Notes under the pieces: model-generated
Seen by the model: only the letters and a program-made list of their open reading frames with translations
The model's database searches: none
Told to the model about the DNA's origin: nothing
Position numbers and translations under genes: made by a program
Source: Thermoproteota archaeon
Lineage (GTDB): Archaea > Asgardarchaeota > Njordarchaeia > Njordarchaeales > Panguiarchaeaceae
Direction of reading: 5' to 3'
Length of the DNA stretch: 36,036 nucleotides
Assembly: GCA_024720975.1 (NCBI GenBank)
Contig: JANJXX010000009.1
Span: 1 to 36,036, forward strand
Shown: positions 26,155-36,036 of the stretch, piece by piece
Position numbering within the stretch: the first letter of the stretch is position 1
Layout: every line of letters begins with the position of its first letter

Positions 26155-28407
26155 ATGGTAAGAAGAAACCTTATAATCTCAATCATCATAGCAGCGTTAT
26201 TATTACTGAAGCCTGAGTGTCTAGCCAACACAGTGATTTCGACGAAACCTATTGAAAGTACAATAATAGGTTCACCAACAATTAATCAAGAGCAATTATA
26301 CGAGTGGGTTTTTGCGGTATATTTGGATGCTGACAATAATTTAGAAGATTGTGGAATCGATGATTTTCTAGAAATGTCAAGCGTGGGATCAACTAGCAAT
26401 GTAATAATTTTAGTTTTGTTTGATCGTTGCTCTAAATATGATACCTCATACGACAACTGGACATATGCATGTATATTCAAGGTAGACAAAAATGAGCTAC
26501 CATACAGTAGCAATGCTGATGAAATTTGGGGAGAAGTGAACATGGGAAGTCCAGATACTCTATTTAGATTCATCAATTACACAGTGAAAAACTATCCTGC
26601 AAAGAAGTATGCACTGATACTATGGGATCATGGTGGTGGATACTTCGGTGCATGCTGGGACGAAGATAATGGAAACGATCGTCTGACAGTAAGCGAAATT
26701 CGTCAAGCACTAATGGAAGCACGCCAGCAGTTGGGGATAAAATTCAGTATACTCGGCTTCGATGCATGTCTCATGGGATGTATTGAAATTATATATGCGC
26801 TTAGGGATCTCGCAGACATCGCAGTCTTTTCCCAGGAATATGAACCAGGCGACGGTTGGCCATATGACAGCATCTTGAGTTACCTAACCTCAAACCCGTC
26901 TGCCTCGCCGGCAGATCTTGCTAGAAGGATAGTAAGTTATTACATAAGCTTCTATAGTTCACCTCTCTATAGAGATTTGAATGCCACGTTATCGGCAATT
27001 AACGTGACGCATGTAACTAGATTTGCATTCGCCGCTCTAAACAGAGTAGTAGGATACATGCTGAGGTACTACAATAGTCTTAGCTCGGATATACAATATG
27101 CTGTTGACAACGCAGAAAAGTTTTATTACACTTTTCAAAAAGATCTTAAGCACTTCCTCATTATCCTTCGAGATCGCACACCAGATACAACATTTAAGTC
27201 TCTGTTAAATGATGCCATAGGGACAATTAATTGTTCGGTTATTGCATATGGCAACCTGGACTATCACCCAAATGCTTACGGACTATCAGCATACATAGAC
27301 TACACCTACGATCTTATTCAGTACGGCTATACAAATTTGGATAGTTCTGTGCATCATCAATGGGATGAATTTGCATCGAAGCTCTTAGGGTATGCTCCCA
27401 ACATATGGTTCTACGACATCAAATTCTTCGGTGAAGACACGGATTCCGACGGTTACTATGATTCAAACCTGAAGATAGAAATTGATTTAGATTCATCTAC
27501 CTCAGAAAGCGTATATGTAAAAATATATGGCTATTGTGGTGAATCTGAAGTACTCGTAGGGCAATCGGAGTCATTTACCGTCAGTGGTGCGACGTCGGTT
27601 GATGCAAGAAACATCAGTATATCAGTGACCTTAGGTGGAGAATATTCATTCAGAATTGAGGTTTGGAGCTCCTCGCAACTTAAGAACCAATTTTACTACT
27701 ATTGCGATAGAGACATAATAGATGTGCCTCTAGTGCAAGATACAAAACCTCCGGTAATAAAGATTTTAAGCCCCTCAAATAACAGTGAAGTTGGGGGTTT
27801 AAGTTTTACCCTAAAATTAACTCTGGAAGACAACGCAGGGTTATCTCATGTAGAAATCTACGTAAATAACTCCCTTTACAAAAACTATACGTTCTTGCCC
27901 GGGCAGACCAATGTATCCATACAATTCAGCATAACTGTTCCAAAGTATGGACTTTATAAAATTACAATAATTGTTTATGATAGGGGCCAAAACACAGCTA
28001 CTAGCACAATATTTGTTAAAACTATTGACGTTAAGCCCCCGATATTGAAAATTCTAAATCCTAAAAATAATAGCGCCATCAGGAAGTTGAGTTTCATCTT
28101 GCAATTAGTTGTGGAAGATGATTCAGAAGTATCACATATTGAAGTTTTCTTAAATGGCACACTCTATGAAAATTATACGGCTCTACCAGGACAGAACAAT
28201 GTAACTGTATCATTTAACATAACTCTCGCACAGTATGGTTCTTATGAAATCATAATAAAAGCATACGACAGAAACCTTAACAGAAGTACTAGCACTGTAT
28301 TCGTTGAGGCTGTAGGTCCAAATGTAAGAGCATTCATCATTGGCATTGGTGTGCTGGTTCTGTTAGCTATAGCTTGCCTAGCTATAATTATAGCTAAGAG
28401 GAAGTAG
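26155..28407 (+). CDS. Secreted, membrane-anchored clostripain-family (C11) cysteine peptidase with two Ig-like domains
   Basis: Signal peptide; YLDADNNLE; EVNMG; YPAKKYALILWDHGGG (catalytic His); FDACLMG (catalytic Cys); two 96-aa DxKPP repeats starting at 27739 and 28027; TM plus KRK. Confidence 0.92.
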   Translation: MVRRNLIISIIIAALLLLKPECLANTVISTKPIESTIIGSPTINQEQLYEWVFAVYLDADNNLEDCGIDDFLEMSSVGSTSNVIILVLFDRCSKYDTSYDNWTYACIFKVDKNELPYSSNADEIWGEVNMGSPDTLFRFINYTVKNYPAKKYALILWDHGGGYFGACWDEDNGNDRLTVSEIRQALMEARQQLGIKFSILGFDACLMGCIEIIYALRDLADIAVFSQEYEPGDGWPYDSILSYLTSNPSASPADLARRIVSYYISFYSSPLYRDLNATLSAINVTHVTRFAFAALNRVVGYMLRYYNSLSSDIQYAVDNAEKFYYTFQKDLKHFLIILRDRTPDTTFKSLLNDAIGTINCSVIAYGNLDYHPNAYGLSAYIDYTYDLIQYGYTNLDSSVHHQWDEFASKLLGYAPNIWFYDIKFFGEDTDSDGYYDSNLKIEIDLDSSTSESVYVKIYGYCGESEVLVGQSESFTVSGATSVDARNISISVTLGGEYSFRIEVWSSSQLKNQFYYYCDRDIIDVPLVQDTKPPVIKILSPSNNSEVGGLSFTLKLTLEDNAGLSHVEIYVNNSLYKNYTFLPGQTNVSIQFSITVPKYGLYKITIIVYDRGQNTATSTIFVKTIDVKPPILKILNPKNNSAIRKLSFILQLVVEDDSEVSHIEVFLNGTLYENYTALPGQNNVTVSFNITLAQYGSYEIIIKAYDRNLNRSTSTVFVEAVGPNVRAFIIGIGVLVLLAIACLAIIIAKRK

Positions 28408-28478
28408 TACTATACCTTACCTTTTTTGATTGGATAATTCTTAATCGCTTGTATTGGCTGTTGCGTGGTGCTTTCTAA

Positions 28479-29834
28479 ATGGATTATGATGTGGTAGTTA
28501 TTGGTTGTGGCCCCTCCGCTCTTTCCTTTATAAAAGCTCTTAGGGAGCTATATCCTGAGAAGAAAGTTCTAGTTATCAGAAAGTCAAGAAGAGCAATAAT
28601 CCCCTGCGCAATTCCGTACATTATTGGCGGTTTGAAAGGTATTGACAACATTGTTGTAGATGATAGTATCTACTCTCAACTTTCGGTAGAGTTAGTCGTG
28701 GATGAGGTCATAGATGTTGATCGTAATAGGAAGATTGTCAAAACAAGAGATGGGCACGAGATCAGATATAAAAAGCTGGTCATTGCTACGGGAACAAGTC
28801 CAATTAAAATCCCAATAGATGGGATAGATCTCAAAAATGTAGTGTTCGTCTCAAAGGAATATGATGCTTTGAAGGAGGCTTACGATGTGCTCTCAAAATC
28901 TAAGGAGATCGTCATAATCGGCGCTGGATTCGTTGGACTTGAATTTGCTGATGATTTAGCTGACGATAGAAAAATTAGTGTAGTAGAAATACTTGACGAG
29001 GTTCTTCCTTTGTCATTTGATAATGAGTTCGGCATATTGGCGAGGAATGAGCTCGAGAGGAAGGGAGTGAGATTTTACCTAGGAAGATCAATCTCCAAAA
29101 TTGTTGGTAGCGGAAGGGTCGAGAAGGTTATTCTAAGTGATGGTACAGAACTGAAGGCAGATGCAGTATTGATTTCCATTGGTGTGAAACCTAATTCTGA
29201 GCTAGCTGCTAAGATGGGGCTAGCTGTTGATGATTATGGACATATAATCGTCGACGATTACATGAGAACTACCGATCCAGACATATTAGCAGTGGGTGAT
29301 GTTGCACAGAGAAAGGACTTTATGTTTAATAAGCCAACTAAAGCTTACTTTGCTCACTTAGCGATAAGAGATGGGTTCATTGCAGCAATGAATATTTTCT
29401 CTCCGGGAAGGACCTATAAAAATGTGGAAGTTCTTCCAGTTTTTGCAACAAAGATAGGAAATATAACGTTAGCATCGGCAGGCATCATAGAAAAAGTGGC
29501 CAATAGCGTTGGAATGGAGATAATTCCAGTGATCTTTGAGGTGGAGAATAGACATCCACCAAAACTTCCTGACGCAAGGAAAATGTTATTTAAAGCAATA
29601 TTTGAGAAGACGACTCTAAGATTAATAGGCGCACAAATTGCTGGACCTGAGTCAGTAGTAGAAATAATGAATTCGATAGCGCATGTAATCCAACTTGAAC
29701 TAACAGCATATCAGATAATAAACTTGCAGTACGCTACACACCCATTGGTAACAAGCTCTCCATCAAATCATCCACTAAGACGAGCCGCTTATGAAGCAAT
29801 TATGCTTAAGGATAAATTGTGTAGGGAAATATAA
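28479..29834 (+). CDS. FAD-dependent pyridine nucleotide-disulfide oxidoreductase (NADH oxidase/CoA-disulfide reductase type)
   Basis: VIGCGPSA, single redox Cys in PCAIPY, ATG, IGAGFVGLE, AVGDVA, LIGAQI, HP dimerisation motif. Confidence 0.92.
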   Translation: MDYDVVVIGCGPSALSFIKALRELYPEKKVLVIRKSRRAIIPCAIPYIIGGLKGIDNIVVDDSIYSQLSVELVVDEVIDVDRNRKIVKTRDGHEIRYKKLVIATGTSPIKIPIDGIDLKNVVFVSKEYDALKEAYDVLSKSKEIVIIGAGFVGLEFADDLADDRKISVVEILDEVLPLSFDNEFGILARNELERKGVRFYLGRSISKIVGSGRVEKVILSDGTELKADAVLISIGVKPNSELAAKMGLAVDDYGHIIVDDYMRTTDPDILAVGDVAQRKDFMFNKPTKAYFAHLAIRDGFIAAMNIFSPGRTYKNVEVLPVFATKIGNITLASAGIIEKVANSVGMEIIPVIFEVENRHPPKLPDARKMLFKAIFEKTTLRLIGAQIAGPESVVEIMNSIAHVIQLELTAYQIINLQYATHPLVTSSPSNHPLRRAAYEAIMLKDKLCREI

Positions 29835-29918
29835 TACAGGTCAAGCATCTATACTTAATAGTTTCAATTGAGTGTCATTCAATGATTTTAGCATAAGAAT
29901 GACCAAACGAGAGTGTTA

Positions 29919-31832
29919 CTAAATAAAGACGTTCAAAGCGATAAAAAATTTTTGGAGGAATTTGAATACGTTAAAATGCCAGCCTTTGATTCTCTTAAGA
30001 TTAAACTCACCTAGGTCAGCACCAAGTATCTCTGCGATGTCAAGGGCCGAGTTAACTGTTGCAGATGCTGTCCATAAGACGGAGTTTGCAATAAGACCCT
30101 TCTTTTTTAGCTGTAGCTTTCCGAATAGGATTAGTGTATGGAGGGTTCCAAGGAGAGGTATATAGCTCCAATTAGTATGGTTTATCTGTTCGGGTTGATA
30201 GCCGTAGAATATTCTATTTATTCCCCTAGACTTCAAAGGAAAGACAAAGTTGAGTACCGACTTTGCCATTAGCATGGCCAAATCTCTCCAAATAGTTTTT
30301 CTAGTAATTTGGTACAGCCTCAAAAAATCTGGTGCAATAATTAATCCATAGGGATCCAAGTGCTGATTCTCAACTGAGACGACAGTCCAGCCACGCGTTC
30401 TAAAATTTAGCTCACCTAGAAAAGAGTCTTTTCCAAATGGAACATCCCACAGAAATGTCCATGTTGACAGGAAGTACGCAGCTCTCTCTGCTATCTCAAC
30501 ATACTGGTGGTTTCTAGTAGCATCATAAAGCAATATCGCAGCGCGTAGTATTGCATGAGCTCCCTCCTTATCTATAGAATCAGAATCAAGTGTGTCGCGG
30601 TAGTAGATGTCACTCTTCACGAATTTCTCTGAGTAATATCGCATGGCTTTTTCCGCTGATTTAAGAAAAAGCTTTTCTCCTGCTAGTGTATATAGCTTAA
30701 CCATAGGCCACACAACATAAGCCCCGTTCGTACTATCCCCCATGGGCTTACCATTAACTAGCCATGTACCATAATCTCCTGTTTCAAGCTGCTTCTCGAT
30801 CAAGGATAAACAAACTCTCATCGGAACTAGAAGCCACTTCTTGTTGCTCTCATTGGCTTTTTGGGAGTATTCATACAGTCTCAATAGGGAGTATAAGGTT
30901 TCACCGATAGCTCTGGTACTCATATGTTCTTTGTGACAGATTGCATATCCAAGCTTTCTTCCATTTGAGAGAAAGTAGTCAGTGTATATCATTCCATCTT
31001 CTGTCAACGCATTGCAGTAACTATTAGCTATATCGAATGCTATCTCCTTAAGTTCCTCGTCTCTACTGGTTAGGTAAACTCTATATAGCGCTAAAGCTAG
31101 GTCTAATTCTCTCCCCACGAAGCCCCCTGAGGTTGAGGATCCACAAATTGGTGTCCCGCACAGGACGAACTGAACAAATCTTTTCCGAGAGAAAAACCTA
31201 CAGTAATGAACATTTAGTGCATAACTAATGCGACTCTGAACGTACCCCTTCAAGTCCTCGATAGTTATTTCCTCAGGTTTTCCTACCAGAATCTCGAATG
31301 CCTTGTCAAGAACCAGGTGATATCCTCTCTGATAGCCTCTATTGCGATATTTGCAGTTAATGATGTAGAATCTCCTGGAGTACTCCCTAGCCCTAGAAAA
31401 ATACTTCTTACAAGGTCTCGAAAGCCTGCCTTTAGCAGTATAGCTTACCGGAGTTTCGGCCCATGGTATGCGGATTACTATCTTGTCTTTTAAAACACTT
31501 ACAGCTGTCATCTCTGCCTCATTTCTAGGTTCTGTAAAAACCGCTAGGACCTCATTATCGTCTTCAACGATGCCTGCAGAAGGTATGCAGCAGCGGTCTT
31601 CTCTGACAAAGTATGGGGAATTCAGGGAAGGTCTTAAAAATGTTCCGGTTCCGATTCTGTTTCCGTCATAGATCACCCCAGGAATGATCCAATATGTGGG
31701 TTCGAAGTCGAACTCAACAATAAAGTAAAACTCTCTATTAGGTCTCCAGAAGCGATCTATTACATAAACGTCATCAGCAATTCTTTTAATAGAATCAGTG
31801 GAGAATTCATCTTGCAAGATCCTAAATGGCAA
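29919..31832 (-). CDS. Hypothetical protein, probable (alpha/alpha)6 glycoside-hydrolase-like fold
   Basis: Repeated helical hairpin signatures (LYRVYLTSRDEEL, LYTLAGEKLFL, LYDATRNHQY, LYQITRKTIW) and conserved-looking acidic motifs TLDSDSIDKEG and VSVENQHLD. Confidence 0.6.
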   Translation of the reverse strand: MPFRILQDEFSTDSIKRIADDVYVIDRFWRPNREFYFIVEFDFEPTYWIIPGVIYDGNRIGTGTFLRPSLNSPYFVREDRCCIPSAGIVEDDNEVLAVFTEPRNEAEMTAVSVLKDKIVIRIPWAETPVSYTAKGRLSRPCKKYFSRAREYSRRFYIINCKYRNRGYQRGYHLVLDKAFEILVGKPEEITIEDLKGYVQSRISYALNVHYCRFFSRKRFVQFVLCGTPICGSSTSGGFVGRELDLALALYRVYLTSRDEELKEIAFDIANSYCNALTEDGMIYTDYFLSNGRKLGYAICHKEHMSTRAIGETLYSLLRLYEYSQKANESNKKWLLVPMRVCLSLIEKQLETGDYGTWLVNGKPMGDSTNGAYVVWPMVKLYTLAGEKLFLKSAEKAMRYYSEKFVKSDIYYRDTLDSDSIDKEGAHAILRAAILLYDATRNHQYVEIAERAAYFLSTWTFLWDVPFGKDSFLGELNFRTRGWTVVSVENQHLDPYGLIIAPDFLRLYQITRKTIWRDLAMLMAKSVLNFVFPLKSRGINRIFYGYQPEQINHTNWSYIPLLGTLHTLILFGKLQLKKKGLIANSVLWTASATVNSALDIAEILGADLGEFNLKRIKGWHFNVFKFLQKFFIALNVFI

Positions 31833-31868
31833 GTCTTTGCACCAGTTGTGTGCGTATTAGACGTGTTT

Positions 31869-32084
31869 CTAGTAACTTACAGCAAGTTTTTTCTTCCGTC
31901 GGTGTAGAACTTTTCTCACTATCCCTATAAATTCTTCCTCACTTATCAAACCCATTGATATTGCATCATCGCAATATAGTCCAGTCCTCTTTTCAATTTC
32001 TTTATCGATTTCCAGTCTATCTTCATGGGTTGTCATCTCCAGGAGGTTCAGTCGAGCTAGCCACTCCCTAACGAGCTTACTCAT
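31869..32084 (-). CDS. Small hypothetical protein (about 71 aa, basic C-terminus)
   Basis: ATG 32084 preceded by GTGAT; MSKLVREWL...TTHEDR...TGLYCDDA composition is typical of a real protein. Confidence 0.7.
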   Translation of the reverse strand: MSKLVREWLARLNLLEMTTHEDRLEIDKEIEKRTGLYCDDAISMGLISEEEFIGIVRKVLHRRKKKLAVSY

Positions 32085-32413
32085 TGTGATCACTATATTC
32101 AATCCCTGCTCTAGAATCAAGAATATTTATTGTATGATTAATGTAGGATCAATAGTTCACAATGCTTTCAACGAGAGGCAATAATATGAAATAAATGTTA
32201 GCTGCGTTATTTCTAAGGTCTCTGCATTCGGCTCTAAGACATCTCAGCATTGAGTACGCGATTTAGGCTTAATTTATGAGAGTGTTAGTAGATCTTTTTA
32301 TATACGCATACTCTTTAAAGTGCAAAACCTCAGTGTGACTTAGATCTATGCTGAGATTAAATGAAGATGAATTTTTAGGTTCCTGACGACCGTAGATCAC
32401 GTAATGGATAATT

Positions 32414-33964
32414 TTGATGATAATGCACTTAAGGACTTTGGTGTCATGGTTGGTTATAGAAAAGAGCCTACCATATGGAGCAGCAATCAGATTGAAATTC
32501 TCCATGGGAATAATTTACGTTAGTCGAATAATAAACATTGTAGTGGATTTCATATTTGCTCTGATAGTCACTAGGAAATTAACAATTAGAGAGATGAGTT
32601 GGTGGACTATACTCTCAAACTATCTCGTCTACATCGGTGTCTTCTCGACAATTTATACCTTCTGGGCAAGTCGGGCTATAAGCCGTGGCTGGAATGTTTC
32701 AAAAGTTGTACTGAGACTTGGCGCACTCATTGGTGGGGTTCTTGCTGTTCTAAGCGTACCATTTATGATCTTCCTGAGTGGAGAATTTGGGGTCTATGCA
32801 GATCTAATTCTATTGGTGTCTTTAGTCGTCTTAGCAGACTATGTAATCAAATCTCTGTTCTCTATATCTCAAGGATACGCTCCTCAACACATAGGTATAT
32901 ACAATGTGGTTTTTGCTGTGGCAAGAACAGGGCTCGCCTACTTTATGATCGTGATGCTTAGGTATGGCATTACAGGAGCTTTAGCGGCTCTTCTTCTATC
33001 GAAAGTTGTGGTAGCGCTAGTGCTATTCTTGCTTAACAAGAGTCTTATCACTGGAGCAATTTATGATCAAGCCATTGCGCTCAAGTGGATTAAGTATTCA
33101 TGGTATCCCTTAAATCTTTATCTACTTGATGCAATATCATACTTTGATGTCCTAATCGTTGGAATAATCACCCATAATGAGCTTTTGATCGCATACTTCG
33201 GTGTAATACGTCTGCTAGTACCCGTTATTGCGTCCATAGCAGAAGCGATACCATCAATCTACGCTAAAGTACTCGCTATGCGCGATCCGAGAATAATAGA
33301 GGAGGGTATATGGTTTCTATTACTAATGGCAACGCCAGCAATTGCTGTTTTGCTAGGTATCCCAGAACCAATTATAGCCGTGCTAGGAACAAAGTATCTG
33401 CCTATGAGTAGTTATATATGGCCATTCGTGATAGCTACGGGTTTAAATGTATTTTATGTCACTCTAAGGAATTCCATGTTAGCTTGGGAGAGTAGTGATG
33501 AAAATATATACGAAGGAATCAGATTTGCCAAAACAATCTTCTTTGACTTACTTATAATCGATATCATTCAAGTGTCATCTTATCTCGCTCTGTTGGCAGT
33601 CACAGTTACGCTTCTTACGGACACATACGTCATTCTGCTCTGGTGGGGTGTATTAATGCTTACTAGGTATATCCTAAGTACCATGCTAGCTATAGCATTT
33701 TCGCGTCGCAGATTTGGATTATATCTCATAAGTTCACGAAGTTTAGTTGACATAGCAAAATTCTCCTTGGTAGGCCTGATAGTATGCATTGCCGGCAGAT
33801 TCATGGAGGTAGAAATAAGCGAGAAGATATACGAAATGTTAAGACTATTGATTCCTCCGGCTGCGATTTTGCTTATTCTTTACATGTGTTTTGCGTTAAT
33901 TATTGACAGGAAAACTAGGAATTTAGCGAAGACAATATTATCATACGCAAAGAGGCATTTTTAA
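32414..33964 (+). CDS. MOP-superfamily (Wzx/MATE-like) oligosaccharide flippase
   Basis: About 12-14 TM helices; LIVTRKL, FWASRAISRG, YGITGALAA; start codon uncertain. Confidence 0.8.
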   Translation: MMIMHLRTLVSWLVIEKSLPYGAAIRLKFSMGIIYVSRIINIVVDFIFALIVTRKLTIREMSWWTILSNYLVYIGVFSTIYTFWASRAISRGWNVSKVVLRLGALIGGVLAVLSVPFMIFLSGEFGVYADLILLVSLVVLADYVIKSLFSISQGYAPQHIGIYNVVFAVARTGLAYFMIVMLRYGITGALAALLLSKVVVALVLFLLNKSLITGAIYDQAIALKWIKYSWYPLNLYLLDAISYFDVLIVGIITHNELLIAYFGVIRLLVPVIASIAEAIPSIYAKVLAMRDPRIIEEGIWFLLLMATPAIAVLLGIPEPIIAVLGTKYLPMSSYIWPFVIATGLNVFYVTLRNSMLAWESSDENIYEGIRFAKTIFFDLLIIDIIQVSSYLALLAVTVTLLTDTYVILLWWGVLMLTRYILSTMLAIAFSRRRFGLYLISSRSLVDIAKFSLVGLIVCIAGRFMEVEISEKIYEMLRLLIPPAAILLILYMCFALIIDRKTRNLAKTILSYAKRHF

Positions 33965-34051
33965 GCTGCTTTCTAAATATACTTTATTACAGGTACCACA
34001 GGCACATTGTACCCGCGCCAACTTCATCCTCTGCAAAATGGGGTGCCTTTG

Positions 34052-34825
34052 GTGAGCAGCTCAATAGAGGATATCATAGCTGAAAAGATGCTAAATTTCA
34101 TGACTTATTTGACTGGAGTCATCGGAAGTAAAATCTCTGAGGAGGACTTAAGGCATATTGCTACCAAACTTGAAGTCATAGAAAATGAAATCAAGGAAAG
34201 CATAAGTGATTCTATTTCTAAAATTCGGTATCTCGAAGAGAATAATAAGTTCCTACAGCAGCAGATATCGAATTTAACTAAAGAAAAAGAGAATCTCATA
34301 TCGCAAGTTGAAAATTTATTGAATGAGCTTAAAAGAGTTAAGCGGAGGTATCTAGGTGCAAAGAAAAAACTTAAGGAGCTTAGGGAGATTGAATCAAAGC
34401 TCAGCAATAATATCGAAGAGCTCAAACTTAAAGTTAGAGAACTTGAAGAAGAAAATAACAAGATGGCTGGTAAACTTGCGGAGTTCATGGAAGATAATGA
34501 AAGATTGAAACGCGAAAACAAAGACCTTAAGGATAGATTAGTAGCGCTTGAAAATCAATGTGAGAGTCTAGAAAAAGAATTGCGAACTTTTGAATCAAGA
34601 TTCTTGAAGGCTGCTGATATTGTCAGAAAAGAACTCACAGCAGACGCTCTAGAGATAAGAGATGCCATCAGAACCGCAGCCGAGGAACTTAAAGCTTTTG
34701 TTTTGCCCCAAGGCAGGGCTAGGCTTGAGAAGTTATCCTCACTTGTAGCTAGAATCCACACGAAGATTTCATCCAAGGACATAGGATCGGCAATACTCCG
34801 CTTAATTAGAGAAGGTGAGGTATAA
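34052..34825 (+). CDS. Coiled-coil protein of unknown function
   Basis: About 150 aa of continuous heptad E/K/L-rich sequence; GTG 34052 is a plausible start (ORF open from 34007). Confidence 0.75.
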   Translation: MSSSIEDIIAEKMLNFMTYLTGVIGSKISEEDLRHIATKLEVIENEIKESISDSISKIRYLEENNKFLQQQISNLTKEKENLISQVENLLNELKRVKRRYLGAKKKLKELREIESKLSNNIEELKLKVRELEEENNKMAGKLAEFMEDNERLKRENKDLKDRLVALENQCESLEKELRTFESRFLKAADIVRKELTADALEIRDAIRTAAEELKAFVLPQGRARLEKLSSLVARIHTKISSKDIGSAILRLIREGEV

Positions 34826-34940
34826 CTTAATGATTATGAGTCGATTATTTCCCTCGCTTTCGATGCGCTACCTTCTCATAAGTAAGGAACTTTGTAAAGT
34901 TTTGTTGAACTATTAATCAGCTGGCTAAATATGCTACTGG

Positions 34941-35681
34941 GTGTGTGAATTGAATAGACGCATAAATCTTCAAAGGGTATTTCTAATGCTGTTTTTTATG
35001 TTTGGTATCATAGTGAGCTCTAAGATTAAATTCCACAAGATATTTGGCCTAGATATAAACTTCTCACTACTAGCAATATTTGGTCCTGTTGTTGATGCTT
35101 TTCTTCCAACGCCGGCAACTATATTTACCATTCTAGGCGCAAGAGCCTTGCAAATATTAACTGGAATCACAAAGTCAACAAGTATAATTTCGTGGCTTAT
35201 GTATATACCAATACTATTCGCTAGCTGCTATTTTGGTCGATTAGTTAAAAGGTCCGAAGATCCATTCAAGTACCTAATAGTAACGCCAGTCATATGCATT
35301 GCTTTATTCGTACTGCATCCAATTGGTGCCCAAGTTTGGTACTTCTCGCTTTATTGGTTGATCCCTATTGTTGTTGCTGTAGTATCAGGTACAATAGACT
35401 ATCGATTACATGATATACCTAAGATCTATTTGTACTCGTTAGGAGCAACCTTCATAGATCATTGTGTTGGTTCTGTAATGTTCTTATATGCTTTCAACAT
35501 ACCCGCAATTTACTGGAATATGGCTATACCCCTTGTTATAATTGAAAGAGCACTATTTGCAGGCGGCGTAACATTGCTATACCTATTTCTAAGGAAAGCA
35601 ATACCACCACTCAGAGAGGTATATGTACTTGAACTAGTGACTATCCCTGAAGCGATACCGGAAAGCATTCCTAGGGAATAG
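34941..35681 (+). CDS. Membrane protein resembling an ECF transporter S component
   Basis: 6-7 TM; FSLLAIFGP, LHPIGAQVWYFSLYWLIP, SLGATFIDHCVGS, IPLVIIERALFAGG. Confidence 0.55.
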   Translation: MCELNRRINLQRVFLMLFFMFGIIVSSKIKFHKIFGLDINFSLLAIFGPVVDAFLPTPATIFTILGARALQILTGITKSTSIISWLMYIPILFASCYFGRLVKRSEDPFKYLIVTPVICIALFVLHPIGAQVWYFSLYWLIPIVVAVVSGTIDYRLHDIPKIYLYSLGATFIDHCVGSVMFLYAFNIPAIYWNMAIPLVIIERALFAGGVTLLYLFLRKAIPPLREVYVLELVTIPEAIPESIPRE

Positions 35682-35832
35682 ATCTAGCTGAATCCAGATC
35701 TTGCTCAAACCTATTTTTATACCCCTTGTAAGTTTTCTAAATCTAAAGTATCTAAAACAAGATAGTTAGTACAGTTCGACCCTCAAGTAGTCCAAACATA
35801 TTGTTATGGATGGGATTCCTCTGGTGATGAAT

Positions 35833-36036
35833 ATGGTTGAGAAGTGGAGACTGGTTAAGAGTGGAGCCTTAGAACCTCTTGCTGTGCATGCATCATATGA
35901 GGCTATTGCTAAGAGTGTCGCTAGTGGTGAGGCTCCCAATACTTTGCATATATGCTGGCCTAGCAGACCATACGTATGCATAGGCGTGCATCAAATTGCT
36001 GAGCTCGATGTGGACCTGAATAAGTGCAGAGAGCTG
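35833..36036 (+). CDS. lplA: Lipoate-protein ligase family protein, N-terminal part (3'-truncated; absent from ORF track)
   Basis: MVEKWRLVKSGALEPLAVHASYEAIAKSVASGEAPNTLHICWPSRPYVCIGVHQIAELDVDLNKCREL matches the LplA N-terminus (WRL...PxTL...PxVxIGxxQ...VD...C); GGTGA RBS upstream. Confidence 0.85.
   Translation, partial: MVEKWRLVKSGALEPLAVHASYEAIAKSVASGEAPNTLHICWPSRPYVCIGVHQIAELDVDLNKCREL

Overview
Archaeal chromosomal window with moderately low GC, GGTGA-type RBSs, T-tract terminators and a box C/D sRNA. The gene styles (Urm1-like modifier, TrmB with a giant helical insert, large DDD-linked repeat surface proteins) suggest an Asgard-like or TACK-related lineage; this is inference only. It carries about 26 CDSs. 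Surface proteins: two giant C-terminally anchored proteins (one with near-identical 360-bp tandem repeats, one with an NPP1/Vps62-like head on an Ig stalk) and an Ig-stalked clostripain. Housekeeping: nucleotide/NAD genes (nadE, ndk, adk, guaB, ade). Other genes: an Urm1-Sir2-DUF429 operon, sfsA, a flippase, an NADH oxidase/CoA-disulfide reductase, and an ECF S-component-like gene before a partial lipoate ligase missed by the ORF track. Features not in the ORF track: a canonical C/D box sRNA (5706-5760, minus); a perfect 8-1-8 palindrome abutting a TATA box inside a four-gene membrane protein/wHTH/paired surface protein module; a duplicated stop-plus-terminator; and a C-terminal cytoplasmic motif (SEIxEEhxxhFx[DE]E) shared by two otherwise unrelated giant surface proteins. 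No tRNA, rRNA, CRISPR array, transposase or integrase was recognised. All family assignments come from motif recognition by eye, not database searches.
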